In this document: positions 22,691-31,780 of the stretch, piece by piece
How positions within the stretch are numbered: position 1 is the first letter of the stretch
Layout: each line of letters starts with the position of its first letter
Origin: a bacterium
GTDB lineage: Bacteria > Planctomycetota > SZUA-567
Assembly: GCA_003245715.1 (NCBI GenBank)
Contig: QKCJ01000019.1
Coordinates: forward strand, 3,119 to 67,118
DNA length: 64,000 nucleotides
Direction of reading: 5' to 3'
Program-made: the position numbers and the translations under genes
The notes under the pieces: model-generated
What the model was told of the DNA's origin: nothing
Seen by the model: the letters and a program-made list of their open reading frames with translations, nothing else
Database searches by the model: none

Positions 22691-23359
22691 TTACTTCGAT
22701 AAAATAAGCTCGTCGATCTCACGGTCAAGCAGAATCTCGTCATCGGTCTGCGCGAGAATAAAGCCGACTGTGCGCAGTTTTCTAAACGAACGGCTGATCG
22801 TTTCGGGAACCGTCCCGATTCGTGCCGCCAACTCTGCCTTGCTGCAATCAAGAACCACTTTCCCCGCATCATCAGAGCGGTTACGCAGGTAATTCATCAG
22901 GCGCGTTGTCACGTCTTTTAATGAAAGGCTCTCAACCAGATTGACAAACTTTTTCAGACGCCGGCTCAAAACCGCCAGCATCTCAAGAAGTATCTGCGGA
23001 TTCTCATAAGCAATATCAAGAAAATCCGAACCCGGTATATACAAAGTTATCAGCTCTCCCCGCGCCCGCGCCGAGGCAGGATAAACCCCGCCTTCAAAAA
23101 GCGGAACCTCGCCACACAACTCGCCATCAGAAAAAGTATGCAGAATCTGCTCGCGACCGTTCTCGCCGCTGCAGAAAACCTCAACCTCACCGTCAGTAAT
23201 CAGATAAAACCCGTCCGCCTTTTTGCCGCGCCAAAAAAGCACCTCGCCCGGCTGAAACATCCGCAATTTGACTATATCCTGAAGATCTGCCAGCGATTCA
23301 TCATTTAAATCCGCGAATAATTCACAATCTTTAAGCGCGTTTTTCAGTTCAATTTTCAT
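22691..23359 (-). CDS. Crp/Fnr-family transcriptional regulator (HcpR-like by context; no FNR-type N-terminal Cys cluster)
   Basis: cNMP-binding-like domain (LFADLNDESLADL...GEVLFWRGKKADGFYLITDGEVEV) plus a C-terminal HTH (SKAELAARIGTVPETISRSFRKL). The probable start is MKIELKN at 23359. The track ORF (to 23458) would run across the FNR-box-like palindrome. Confidence 0.88.
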   Translation of the reverse strand: MKIELKNALKDCELFADLNDESLADLQDIVKLRMFQPGEVLFWRGKKADGFYLITDGEVEVFCSGENGREQILHTFSDGELCGEVPLFEGGVYPASARARGELITLYIPGSDFLDIAYENPQILLEMLAVLSRRLKKFVNLVESLSLKDVTTRLMNYLRNRSDDAGKVVLDCSKAELAARIGTVPETISRSFRKLRTVGFILAQTDDEILLDREIDELILSK

Positions 23360-23383
23360 ATTTTTAAAAAAAATTCCCTCTTC

Positions 23384-23397
23384 TTGACTTATATCAA
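23384..23397. promoter_or_regulatory. FNR/CRP-family-type palindrome TTGAC-TTAT-ATCAA
   Basis: Read directly. It matches the TTGAT-N4-ATCAA consensus at 9 of 10 half-site positions. It lies in the divergent region between the Crp/Fnr gene and the ferredoxin-like/hcp genes. Confidence 0.5.
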
Positions 23398-23567
23398 GGA
23401 CAATAAACCGACTAAATGATATTATACCTGTATCAAAAGCATAAGCAATGCAAAACAAGGAAAATAAAGCGACACAAAATATTCGGATAGAGTTGATATT
23501 AGAACAGTTTTTTGACTTTTGTGAAACAAAAAATTTGATAAGTTTTTAACATATAAGGAGAATCATC

Positions 23568-24296
23568 ATGGCTACTAAGAAAGTTATTCAAATTGATGAG
23601 GACAAATGCGTTGGTTGTGGCAAATGCGCAAATTCCTGCCCCGGCGGTGCGCTGCAGATGGTTAATGGCAAGGCCAAGCTGGTTCGTGAGGATTTCTGTG
23701 ACGGACTTGGTGTCTGCATCGGCGAATGCCCGGTGGATGCGATAACCTTTATTGACAAGGAAGTAACCGCTCCGGCAACTAACCAGACTGCTCATGCAGC
23801 TCCGGCAGCTCAAGCCGCCCCTACCGGCGCACCGGCACCGGCAGCACACGCCGCCGCTGGCTGCCCCGGCAAGGCCAACAAGGTTTTCGCCCCTGCTGAC
23901 AAGCCGGCAAGCGGAGCATCAGCGCTCAACGCCTGGCCGATCCAGCTTCATCTTATCCGCCCCGAGGCTCAGCAATTTCAAGGCGCAGACATTCTGATTG
24001 CCGCAAGCTGCACGGCTTTTTCCTGCGGCAATTTCCATGCGAACCTGCTTGCGGGTAAATCACTGGTTATCGCTTGTCCGAAGCTTGACAATCTTGACGG
24101 TTACGCCCAGAAACTGCATGAAATATTCACCATCGCCAAACCTAAAAGCATTACCGTTGCCAGGATGGAAGTACCATGCTGTAGTGGTCTGACTAAGATG
24201 GTCGCCAGCGCCAAAGCATCCGCGGAGTCAAATATTCCGGTGCAGGAAATCACTATCAGCCTGCAGGGAGAGATCCTCAGCGCCAACCTGATCTGA
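23568..24296 (+). CDS. Ferredoxin-like protein: N-terminal 2x[4Fe-4S] domain, Ala/Pro-rich linker and a Cys-containing C-terminal domain (FrdX-like hcp partner)
   Basis: 242 aa. Motifs CVGCGKCANSCP and CDGLGVCIGECP, linker APATNQTAHAAPAAQAAPTGAPAPAAHAAA, and a C-terminal domain with CTAFSCG...ACPKLD...PCCSG. AAGGAG RBS. Immediately upstream of hcp. Confidence 0.8.
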   Translation: MATKKVIQIDEDKCVGCGKCANSCPGGALQMVNGKAKLVREDFCDGLGVCIGECPVDAITFIDKEVTAPATNQTAHAAPAAQAAPTGAPAPAAHAAAGCPGKANKVFAPADKPASGASALNAWPIQLHLIRPEAQQFQGADILIAASCTAFSCGNFHANLLAGKSLVIACPKLDNLDGYAQKLHEIFTIAKPKSITVARMEVPCCSGLTKMVASAKASAESNIPVQEITISLQGEILSANLI

Positions 24297-24302
24297 ACCG
24301 CC

Positions 24303-24333
24303 ATCCCGGCAGCACTGCAACCGCTGCCGGGAT
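24303..24333 (+). other. Perfect 11-bp intercistronic stem-loop between the ferredoxin-like gene and hcp
   Basis: atcccggcagc (24303-13) / gctgccgggat (24323-33) with a 9-nt loop. It is not directly followed by a U run, so it could be a partial terminator, an mRNA stability element or a processing element. Confidence 0.5.
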
Positions 24334-24480
24334 AATCACTAAAACCTGTTTTTTTATATTTCACAATTTACCGATGTATGCTACGATGAATTCGGGCAGA
24401 CACATCACAAATTTTTGACAGATTCATTTGAATACTGTCGGGTACACTGACCCCCAGAATTTGGGAAGAGGAGGAAGACT

Positions 24481-26097
24481 ATGTCTATGTTTTGTTATCA
24501 ATGCGAACAGACTGCCGGTTGCAAGGGCTGCAGCGGAAATGCCGGCGTATGCGGCAAGCAGCCAGATACGGCCACTGTTCAGGACTTGCTAAATGAAGTT
24601 GCCAAGGGAGTTGCCTGGCTGGCGGTGAAGTCCGGCTCTACGGATAAAAAAGTTTTTTATTTTCTCGTGGACGCGCTTTTTACAACGGTAACCAATGTCA
24701 ATTTCGACGCACAAAAAGTTCTTGAGCTGGCACAGGCAGGAGTTGCAATTCGCCAAAGCCTTGGAGCTGTTCCGGCTGATGCTCCGGCCTGTTGCAGCGC
24801 AACCACACCGGCAACTGTCACAGACGCGGCAATCGAAGGTGAAAAGTTCTCAATTGCCAAGCGCAAGGAAAAATACGGCGATACTGTTGCGGGTCTGCAG
24901 GAACTTATTTTCTACGGCCTCAAGGGTGCTGCCGCCTACATTCATCATGCCCGCGTACTCGGCTATACCGATGAAACCGCCAACAAAAAGTTTGCAGATA
25001 TCCTGGCATTTCTGGCAGAGCAACCGACAGACGTAAACGAACTTTTAGGCAAAGCACTGGCAACCGGTGAAGTCAATTTCTCGGCAATGGAAGTGCTGGA
25101 CAAAGCTAACACCACTACCTACGGCCATCCCGAACCGACTGAAGTTCTCGTAACTCCGGTCAAGGGCAAGTGTATCCTTGTCTCCGGCCATGACCTCAAG
25201 GATCTTGAAGCGCTGCTCAAACAGACCGAGGGCAAAGGCGTCAATATCTACACCCACGGCGAAATGCTGCCGTGCCTTGCCTACCCCGAACTGAAAAAGT
25301 ATCCGCATCTTGTCGGTAACTACGGCGGCGCCTGGCAGGATCAGGTCAAAGAGTTCAACGCCTTTCCCGGCGCGATCCTGATGACAACTAACTGCATCCA
25401 GAAACCGTCCGATTCCTACAAGGCGCGCATCTTCACCACCGGGCTTGTCCAGTGGCCGGGCGTGACCCATATTGATGACAACAAAGATTTCACACCGGTA
25501 ATTGACGCGGCTCTTGCAGCAGAAGGATTCACTGAAACCGCACCAGAAAAGAAAATTACCATCGGCTTTGCGCGCAACACCGTCATGTCTGTTGCCGGTA
25601 CCGTTATCGACGCGGTAAAGGCCGGAGCAATCAAACACTTCTTCCTGATCGGCGGTTGTGATGGCGCCAAGCCCGGGCGTAACTATTACACCGACTTCGC
25701 CCAGCAGGTTCCGCAGGACTGCGTAATCCTCACCCTCGCCTGTGGCAAGTACCGTTTCAACAAGCTTGATTTCGGCAATATCGGCGGCGTACCGCGCCTG
25801 CTTGATATCGGCCAGTGCAACGACGCCTACTCGGCCGTCAAGATCGCACTCGCTCTGGCTGAAGCCTTTAACTGCGGCGTGAATGACCTTCCGCTCTCAC
25901 TGGTACTGAGCTGGTACGAACAAAAAGCCGTCGCGATACTTCTGTCACTACTCTACCTCGGCGTCAAGAACATCAAACTCGGTCCAACCCTGCCAGCCTT
26001 TGTAACCCCAGAGGCACTTGATGTATTGGTTAAAGAATTCAATATCGCGCCTGTAACCACACCGGAGCAGGATCTGGCGGAAATTCTCGGTAAGTAA
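24481..26097 (+). CDS. hcp: Hybrid-cluster protein / hydroxylamine reductase
   Basis: 538 aa. The N-terminal MFCYQCEQTAGCKGC motif is diagnostic of Hcp. GGAAGAGGAGGAAG RBS. Confidence 0.96.
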   Translation: MSMFCYQCEQTAGCKGCSGNAGVCGKQPDTATVQDLLNEVAKGVAWLAVKSGSTDKKVFYFLVDALFTTVTNVNFDAQKVLELAQAGVAIRQSLGAVPADAPACCSATTPATVTDAAIEGEKFSIAKRKEKYGDTVAGLQELIFYGLKGAAAYIHHARVLGYTDETANKKFADILAFLAEQPTDVNELLGKALATGEVNFSAMEVLDKANTTTYGHPEPTEVLVTPVKGKCILVSGHDLKDLEALLKQTEGKGVNIYTHGEMLPCLAYPELKKYPHLVGNYGGAWQDQVKEFNAFPGAILMTTNCIQKPSDSYKARIFTTGLVQWPGVTHIDDNKDFTPVIDAALAAEGFTETAPEKKITIGFARNTVMSVAGTVIDAVKAGAIKHFFLIGGCDGAKPGRNYYTDFAQQVPQDCVILTLACGKYRFNKLDFGNIGGVPRLLDIGQCNDAYSAVKIALALAEAFNCGVNDLPLSLVLSWYEQKAVAILLSLLYLGVKNIKLGPTLPAFVTPEALDVLVKEFNIAPVTTPEQDLAEILGK

Positions 26098-26122
26098 ATA
26101 AAAACCCAAGTCCAATAAAAAA

Positions 26123-26152
26123 AGCGGCAGGGATAATCCCCGCCGCTTTTTT
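26123..26152. terminator. Bidirectional terminator between convergent hcp and the Tad-locus terminal gene
   Basis: gcggcaggg / ccccgccgc stem (one mismatch), preceded by an A run and followed by a T run (aaaaaagcggcagggataatccccgccgctttttt). Confidence 0.8.
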
Positions 26153-26179
26153 GTTTAAATTCATCAGTTAAAATAATTC

Positions 26180-28168
26180 CTATTCCTGATTAACTTTTCT
26201 TACGGCAATATTATTTTTACGCATCCACGCATCAATCCTGCCATAGAAATCATCCTCGGGAGAAAAGCAATCGCGCCCGTCATTTACCAATTTGTGCGCC
26301 ATGGAGTATTCTTTATTGATGTAAGACTGCACACCTTTGTTAAAGAGGATATTCCCTGTCTTATGCAGCGCGCCCAAGGCGTTTTTGACATCAACACCAT
26401 AATTCTTGGCTTTCTCAAGTAACGCTCTAGACAAGCGGTAATTCTCCCGGTTCATCGCCTTGACCGAAGCCTCCATCATCATCTGCCCCATCACTTCCGG
26501 CGGATACTGCTTGAGTTTGGTGACGGCATACTCGCGGTAACGATTGTCAGGATCTTTCTCGGTAAGAAGCATCACATTCCAGTGCTTCAGGGCACTCTCG
26601 ATATCGCCATCGTTCTCAATCTTATCGGCGATACCTTTTTCCTTTTCCATCTCAGCCCAGCGGCGCAGGATATCTTTGACTACTGCGTTATCCTTGTAAT
26701 GCGCATTATTCTGCAGCAGCTTATCCCTGCCAACCGTGTCGCCGTTACGATACAACGTCCCCATCTGCACGACAAAATGCCGAGCATTCAGATCGCTCAG
26801 GATTCCCGGAATTTCCGCCAGCACATCCGGATCATCAGGAAACCTCTGACTCAGGCTTTTAGCTATCAGCCGCGCAGAATCAATCTCGGCAGCACTCACT
26901 GACTCATGCGAAAGTTTGCGCACCTTGCGCAGTTCAACCTGAATATACTGCTTGTCACGCCAACTATTAAGCTTCTCAGCCAGCACCATATCCTTGCCGT
27001 TATGACCGAAAAACTCTTCCGCCCGTTTTATTGCCAGCGAATAATTACCGGATTTTGCCGCCGATTCCGCCTCCAGCTTTATCGCCACCAGACGGTCTTC
27101 ATTGACCTTGCTTATCATCCGGTTTACCGAAGGATAATACAGACTGTCAGGCGAGACCTTATTGTAAGCGGCAATCGCCTCTTCCCACTTATGGTCAAGC
27201 ATGAGATTATTGGCCTCGGAAAAATAACCTTTGGCCTTGATCTCTTTACGCAGACCCTTCTCAAGATCAATTGCAAAATCACGCAACTCAATTGTCAGGA
27301 TATTGGAATCAACAAGCTGGAGCAGTTTAAGCCTCAGGTCATTCCAGTCAGTTGAGGGATCAATCGCCGAACCGATTTTAGAATCATAATAAGGCTGGGC
27401 GACCTGAACAAAAAGCTTGCCTACACGCATCCGGTTGCCACTGGCTTTTTCATAACTCTCCTCGCCCTTCTTCCAGATGGCGATTGATGCCTTATAATTA
27501 CCAAGGCGAAAATCTTCAGAACCATTTACCATCTCTTTCCAGTATTTATCTTCAGGAGAAATACGGTTTCGCACCCGCGCCGCATCCGCGCTCTTCCCCA
27601 TATCCTTCAGATAAACCCAGGCAACCAGACCAAAGATCACCGCCAGCATCCCGATAAGTATCGGCAGACGTTTTTTCTCTACCGGTGCAGGCGGCTGAAC
27701 AACGCCACCGCCCACCGGACTGACCGGCGCCCGGAAAACTTCAACTGAATTAGCCGGTTCGGATTCATATTCGGCAAGGGCATATTCCCCGCCTTCTGAA
27801 GCCGGTGCCGGAGCAGGGGCGAGATCAAACTCATCGCCTGAAGCTTGCGGAGGCGGGGGCATATCAAAGCTGCTCAAGGCCGGCGAACTGTCCTCGATTG
27901 AAACGTACATGTTGCCAAGGCGCAACGTGTCACCATTTCCCAGATGCCCCTGGGTAACTTTCTTTCCATTAAGCACAGTCCCGTTACGGCTGAGAAGGTC
28001 ACGGAAACTTATCTCCTCAGCAGTAACGTCAATACGGATATGCTGCCCGGATATTGACGGGTCACGGATTACAATATCACAGTTTTTCGATCTGCCGATT
28101 ATGTAGTTGCCTTCCGTCAGATCCTTTGTAATGTTCTCACCATTGAGGTTATAACGCAACTTAATCAT
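26180..28168 (-). CDS. Bitopic FHA-domain protein with a large TPR-like extracytoplasmic domain; last gene of the Tad locus
   Basis: N-terminal FHA (IIGRSKNCDIVIRDPSISGQHIRI...LSRNGTVLNGKKV), Pro-rich linker, TM segment LPILIGMLAVIFGLVAWVYL, then about 470 aa with repeated xNYxxAI helical motifs. I prefer ATG 28168 (AGAGG RBS; ATGATTAA overlap with the upstream stop) over the GTG at 28192. Confidence 0.8.
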   Translation of the reverse strand: MIKLRYNLNGENITKDLTEGNYIIGRSKNCDIVIRDPSISGQHIRIDVTAEEISFRDLLSRNGTVLNGKKVTQGHLGNGDTLRLGNMYVSIEDSSPALSSFDMPPPPQASGDEFDLAPAPAPASEGGEYALAEYESEPANSVEVFRAPVSPVGGGVVQPPAPVEKKRLPILIGMLAVIFGLVAWVYLKDMGKSADAARVRNRISPEDKYWKEMVNGSEDFRLGNYKASIAIWKKGEESYEKASGNRMRVGKLFVQVAQPYYDSKIGSAIDPSTDWNDLRLKLLQLVDSNILTIELRDFAIDLEKGLRKEIKAKGYFSEANNLMLDHKWEEAIAAYNKVSPDSLYYPSVNRMISKVNEDRLVAIKLEAESAAKSGNYSLAIKRAEEFFGHNGKDMVLAEKLNSWRDKQYIQVELRKVRKLSHESVSAAEIDSARLIAKSLSQRFPDDPDVLAEIPGILSDLNARHFVVQMGTLYRNGDTVGRDKLLQNNAHYKDNAVVKDILRRWAEMEKEKGIADKIENDGDIESALKHWNVMLLTEKDPDNRYREYAVTKLKQYPPEVMGQMMMEASVKAMNRENYRLSRALLEKAKNYGVDVKNALGALHKTGNILFNKGVQSYINKEYSMAHKLVNDGRDCFSPEDDFYGRIDAWMRKNNIAVRKVNQE

Positions 28169-29453
28169 GATTGCCTCTGTTTCTTCTGACACTCTTTATT
28201 CGTTTTAAATTTATAATCCAGTTCTCAATCACCTGACGGTCAACACTCTCCTCATCCGGGATAATTGTCTTCGCTTCCTCAAGCAGCACAACCGCACTAT
28301 CAAGATCTGATGACCTGAAATTATTATCCGGCGGGAAGGCCGCAGCCATTGCTTCATCAAAGAGAGCGCAAAGCCTGTCCTTTAATTTCGCTTTCAAATT
28401 AAATGCCTCGACCGCTGCGTTACCACCACGCTCGGCATCCGCTGCCGGACCGTTATAAAGATCAGCCGCGCGCTGATACTGAACCCACGCGTCATATTCC
28501 TGCTTATCCTTGGCAAACCGTTGCGCCTGCGCCAGAGCGCTTTCCGCAAGCCGCCTGGCCTCCTCACGGGTTATGTCATCGGGTATACGGTAAGGGTTTA
28601 CACCTCTGCAGATAATCCTGAATGAACGCAGGAAATTACCTGCTTTATCCTGCAAGATCACCTTGGCTTCACCTTCCCTCGCGCCGGTTATCTCAAGCAT
28701 CCTGACCTTGGCGGTATTGGGATTTTTCTTGAGCCGCTCAAGGCTGGGCAGCAATAAGCCGCGGTAATCTTTTGCACGGATAATCTCCTGCTGCGACCCG
28801 GTGCTGCTGAGAATTTTGTAACGGTCAAAATCAACTGCGAAATTAACCACCTTCGGCTGATACGCCTTGACCATGGCAAACACCGTATTAGGGCGCGGGG
28901 AATTTGAAACATAATCAAAGAGATATATAACCCCGAAAATAAAAAGTACAAAGGCCAGGAGCTGGAAGAGAACACTCTTGCCCCCGTCAATACCGCTGCC
29001 AAGATCACCTGAAACCTGCACCGTCTGACCCGGCGCTGCCGGAACGCCAAGAGGCATATCCGGGCGCACCTGGCCAAGCTCTCCCGGAGGTGGCGTGTCA
29101 AAACCCGGCGCCGCGGCAAAAACCGTTGAACCAGTTGTCGCCAAAGCCCCGCCAATGGCCGCACGCACAATAAAAATCGCCTCACCTACCTGGAAGGTAA
29201 CCCCCGGCTCACCGATTGCCTCCTTGACCTTTTTGCCATTAACCTGCACCCCGTTCTGGCTGTCAAGGTCTACCATCCGCAAACCCTGCGCGTCGTTGAA
29301 AACCCGGCAGTGATTGCGCGAGACGCCCCGGACATTCTCAAGGCGTATCCCGCACTCAGCCGCGCGGCCAATAAGTGCCGACTCGCCCTGAATGTTATAA
29401 CAGGTACCGGCATCCGGCCCCGTGGTCAACTCCAGATAAAATTCATTCATCAT
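28161..29453 (-). CDS. Bitopic FHA-domain protein (cytoplasmic FHA, one TM segment, extracytoplasmic domain of unknown fold)
   Basis: FHA domain (ALIGRAAECGIRLENVRGVSRNHCRVF...LDSQNGVQVNGKKV) and TM segment VLFQLLAFVLFIFGVIYLF. The probable start is MMNEFYLEL (ATG 29453). The track ORF starts at a TTG (29489). Confidence 0.8.
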   Translation of the reverse strand: MMNEFYLELTTGPDAGTCYNIQGESALIGRAAECGIRLENVRGVSRNHCRVFNDAQGLRMVDLDSQNGVQVNGKKVKEAIGEPGVTFQVGEAIFIVRAAIGGALATTGSTVFAAAPGFDTPPPGELGQVRPDMPLGVPAAPGQTVQVSGDLGSGIDGGKSVLFQLLAFVLFIFGVIYLFDYVSNSPRPNTVFAMVKAYQPKVVNFAVDFDRYKILSSTGSQQEIIRAKDYRGLLLPSLERLKKNPNTAKVRMLEITGAREGEAKVILQDKAGNFLRSFRIICRGVNPYRIPDDITREEARRLAESALAQAQRFAKDKQEYDAWVQYQRAADLYNGPAADAERGGNAAVEAFNLKAKLKDRLCALFDEAMAAAFPPDNNFRSSDLDSAVVLLEEAKTIIPDEESVDRQVIENWIINLKRIKSVRRNRGNHD

Positions 29454-29541
29454 TTGTTCCTGTATTTTTATTTCCCGTGCAGCAACCAAAAGAACTTGTC
29501 TTACTGCACCGCCGCAAGCTGTGATAAATCACCCGGACACA

Positions 29542-29940
29542 TCATCTCAGGTTATTATTTTCCACACACCCGGCGGCTCTGAGTTCTGCACCAACCGTCA
29601 GCCCCGTCCTTGCCACACGCCCCGCCCTCAACTCCAGAACAGAATACGCCGCAAAGCATCCCGCCAGCCGCCAGGGCTTTAAATTCTCATATATTTTCAG
29701 AACTCTCAGCTCTCTTGAAAGAAACACCGCATCAATTGCAAAACGCATAAAAAACATATGGATACTGTTACACGGAACTATCAGTAATCCGCCATCCTCA
29801 TCCAGACCGTCACGGCCAAGCAGCCCCCGCATCCGGCTCAACGGATTATCCGCCACCTCAAGGTGTGAAAGCACAACCTCCGCACCACACATTAAACCCG
29901 CGCCCCTGAGCTTTGCCGGGTCAATCCGGAAAGCCGACAT
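29542..29940 (-). CDS. DUF192-family protein
   Basis: 132 aa. VADNPLSRMRGLLGRDGL...GLLIVPCNSIHMFFMRFAIDAVFL...LKPW matches my recollection of the DUF192/COG1430 pattern. The start lies 1 nt after the tadC stop. Confidence 0.7.
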   Translation of the reverse strand: MSAFRIDPAKLRGAGLMCGAEVVLSHLEVADNPLSRMRGLLGRDGLDEDGGLLIVPCNSIHMFFMRFAIDAVFLSRELRVLKIYENLKPWRLAGCFAAYSVLELRAGRVARTGLTVGAELRAAGCVENNNLR

Positions 29941-29941
29941 T

Positions 29942-30880
29942 CTAGCCCTTCCACATCAGAAAGATCGGCGCACCAATAATCACCACAATCGCCCCAAGGA
30001 TAAAGATCATAGGAAACAGCATCTTCACCGGCGCTTTCATCGCCTTCTCCTCGGCAATCTGACTGCGCTTCTCCCGCTGCTGTGCCGCCTGAATGCGCAG
30101 AACCACACCAAGTGATGAACCAAGCTCTTCCGCCTGAATCAGACTCGCCACAACCGTGCGCACCTCCTGCACGTCACAGCGCTCGGCAAAATCACGCAGC
30201 GCGTTTGATCTGGTTTTGCCAAGCTGGATCTCATGCAACATCAATGACAACTCCTGCCCCAGCGGACTCTTGCCGATCTTGCCGACAATCCGCGACAGCG
30301 CCGAGGTAAAATCCAGCCCTGCCTCCATTGCCAGCGTCAGCAGGTCGAGCGCGAACGGCAGTTGCCTTACGATACTTGTCTGGCGCAGACGAAGCTTATT
30401 GGTCAGCCAGCTCTTCCAGAGAAGCGTGCCGAAGATGAAAATAATAAACGCAAAATAAAGACCGGCAAATGATGTAACCGTCTCGGGTGACAGCATAAAG
30501 ACACCGGTCATCACCAGAGTCGTAAAGAGCATCCCGTAAAGTATGCCAAAACCGATAAACTCATCCGCGATCAGCCCCTCCGGACGGCCAGCAGCGACCA
30601 GCGTCCGCTCAATGCCGTCAGAAAAGCGGAAATAAAAAGTCGAGTTATTATCCCCGTGAAAAATCCCGCGTAGTGATCTGCCAATAACCCGCGCCATCGG
30701 CAGAAAGGATTTCATCAAACCCTCAGAGGTTTCAGTAACAATTATCTCATCATCCGCGCCCTGCTTCTGCGCTTTATAAATCCTGTGCAGAAAATGCACC
30801 AGCAGCCAGCTTGCAAAAAAGGCAAACCCGGCAGATGCCAGAATAATAAAAAACGGACTGGAAATAAATATCGCCTGCAT
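29942..30880 (-). CDS. tadC: Tad pilus inner-membrane platform protein TadC (T2SS-F family)
   Basis: 312 aa polytopic protein. LRQLPFALDLLTLAMEAGLDFTSALSRIV...LSLMLHEIQLGKTRSNALRDFAER is T2SSF-domain-like. It follows tadB. Confidence 0.85.
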   Translation of the reverse strand: MQAIFISSPFFIILASAGFAFFASWLLVHFLHRIYKAQKQGADDEIIVTETSEGLMKSFLPMARVIGRSLRGIFHGDNNSTFYFRFSDGIERTLVAAGRPEGLIADEFIGFGILYGMLFTTLVMTGVFMLSPETVTSFAGLYFAFIIFIFGTLLWKSWLTNKLRLRQTSIVRQLPFALDLLTLAMEAGLDFTSALSRIVGKIGKSPLGQELSLMLHEIQLGKTRSNALRDFAERCDVQEVRTVVASLIQAEELGSSLGVVLRIQAAQQREKRSQIAEEKAMKAPVKMLFPMIFILGAIVVIIGAPIFLMWKG

Positions 30881-30919
30881 CTGAACTTTCTATAAACCCG
30901 GCAGCACACGGCCGCGTTT

Positions 30920-31780
30920 TTAAATATCGATATTGATGATCTTGCGGATGAAAAACGCCGCCAGACCAATCAGACCACCGGCAAGAAAGAGCGCAATCCA
31001 CCCCTTCCATGTATGGAAGAGTGACTCAAACATAGCCGGCGCCACAAAATACAAACCGATACAAATCGCCACCGGCAACAAGCCCATGACAATCCCCTGA
31101 AGTTTTCCCTGCGCGGTCAGCGCCCTGATCTTGCCTTCAATACGCTGCCTCTCACGGATAAGCTGCGCGATATTATCGAAGACTTCCGTCAGGTTACCAC
31201 CGACATCACGGATAATTGAAATCGCCGTCACCACCAAATCCATATCATCAGACGGCATCCGCTTGTATAAATTAAAGAGCGCCTCCTCAACCGGCACACC
31301 AAGTCGCATCTCCTGACAGACCAGCCGCATCTCCTGATTCATTGGCTTGGGCATCTCACGGCTGATAAGCTCCAAAGCCTGCGGCAGTGAAAAACCCGCG
31401 CGCAGACTGTTACTCATATTCATCAGCGCATCCACAAGCTGCACCAGAAATAACTGGTCGCGCTTCTTCTTTAAAAAATTAAGCACAATCCGCGGCAGAA
31501 GATTGCCGAAAATGAAAAACGGAATCCCCACCAGCAGGTTACCGCTGATATAGGCAAAAAGCGCAAAAAGTACCAGTCCGCACATAAATCCAAGATACAG
31601 AATATTCTGCGCCGGCATATTAATGTACATCGAATCAAGCGTAGTCGCAGCGCCAGAGAGATAATTCTGCTGGTACTGCTGCCAGAAACGGCGCACCATG
31701 AAGATTCCGGCAAAGACCAGAATCGACCCGGCAACACCAGCACAGAGCAGCGCTATGGTTTCATGCGACAGACCAAACAT
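30920..31780 (-). CDS. tadB: Tad pilus inner-membrane platform protein TadB (T2SS-F family)
   Basis: 286 aa. LVDALMNMSNSLRAGFSLPQALELISREMPKP...EMRLGVPVEEALFNLYKRMPSDD is T2SSF-domain-like. The start shares 1 nt with the ATPase gene end. Confidence 0.85.
   Translation of the reverse strand: MFGLSHETIALLCAGVAGSILVFAGIFMVRRFWQQYQQNYLSGAATTLDSMYINMPAQNILYLGFMCGLVLFALFAYISGNLLVGIPFFIFGNLLPRIVLNFLKKKRDQLFLVQLVDALMNMSNSLRAGFSLPQALELISREMPKPMNQEMRLVCQEMRLGVPVEEALFNLYKRMPSDDMDLVVTAISIIRDVGGNLTEVFDNIAQLIRERQRIEGKIRALTAQGKLQGIVMGLLPVAICIGLYFVAPAMFESLFHTWKGWIALFLAGGLIGLAAFFIRKIINIDI

Noticed and set aside
24415-24448. Perfect TTGACA hexamer as an internal hcp promoter
   Set aside because: There is no acceptable -10 hexamer at 16-18 nt spacing (the nearest candidates are at 9 and 22 nt), so I did not annotate a promoter. 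It is mentioned only within the spacer finding.
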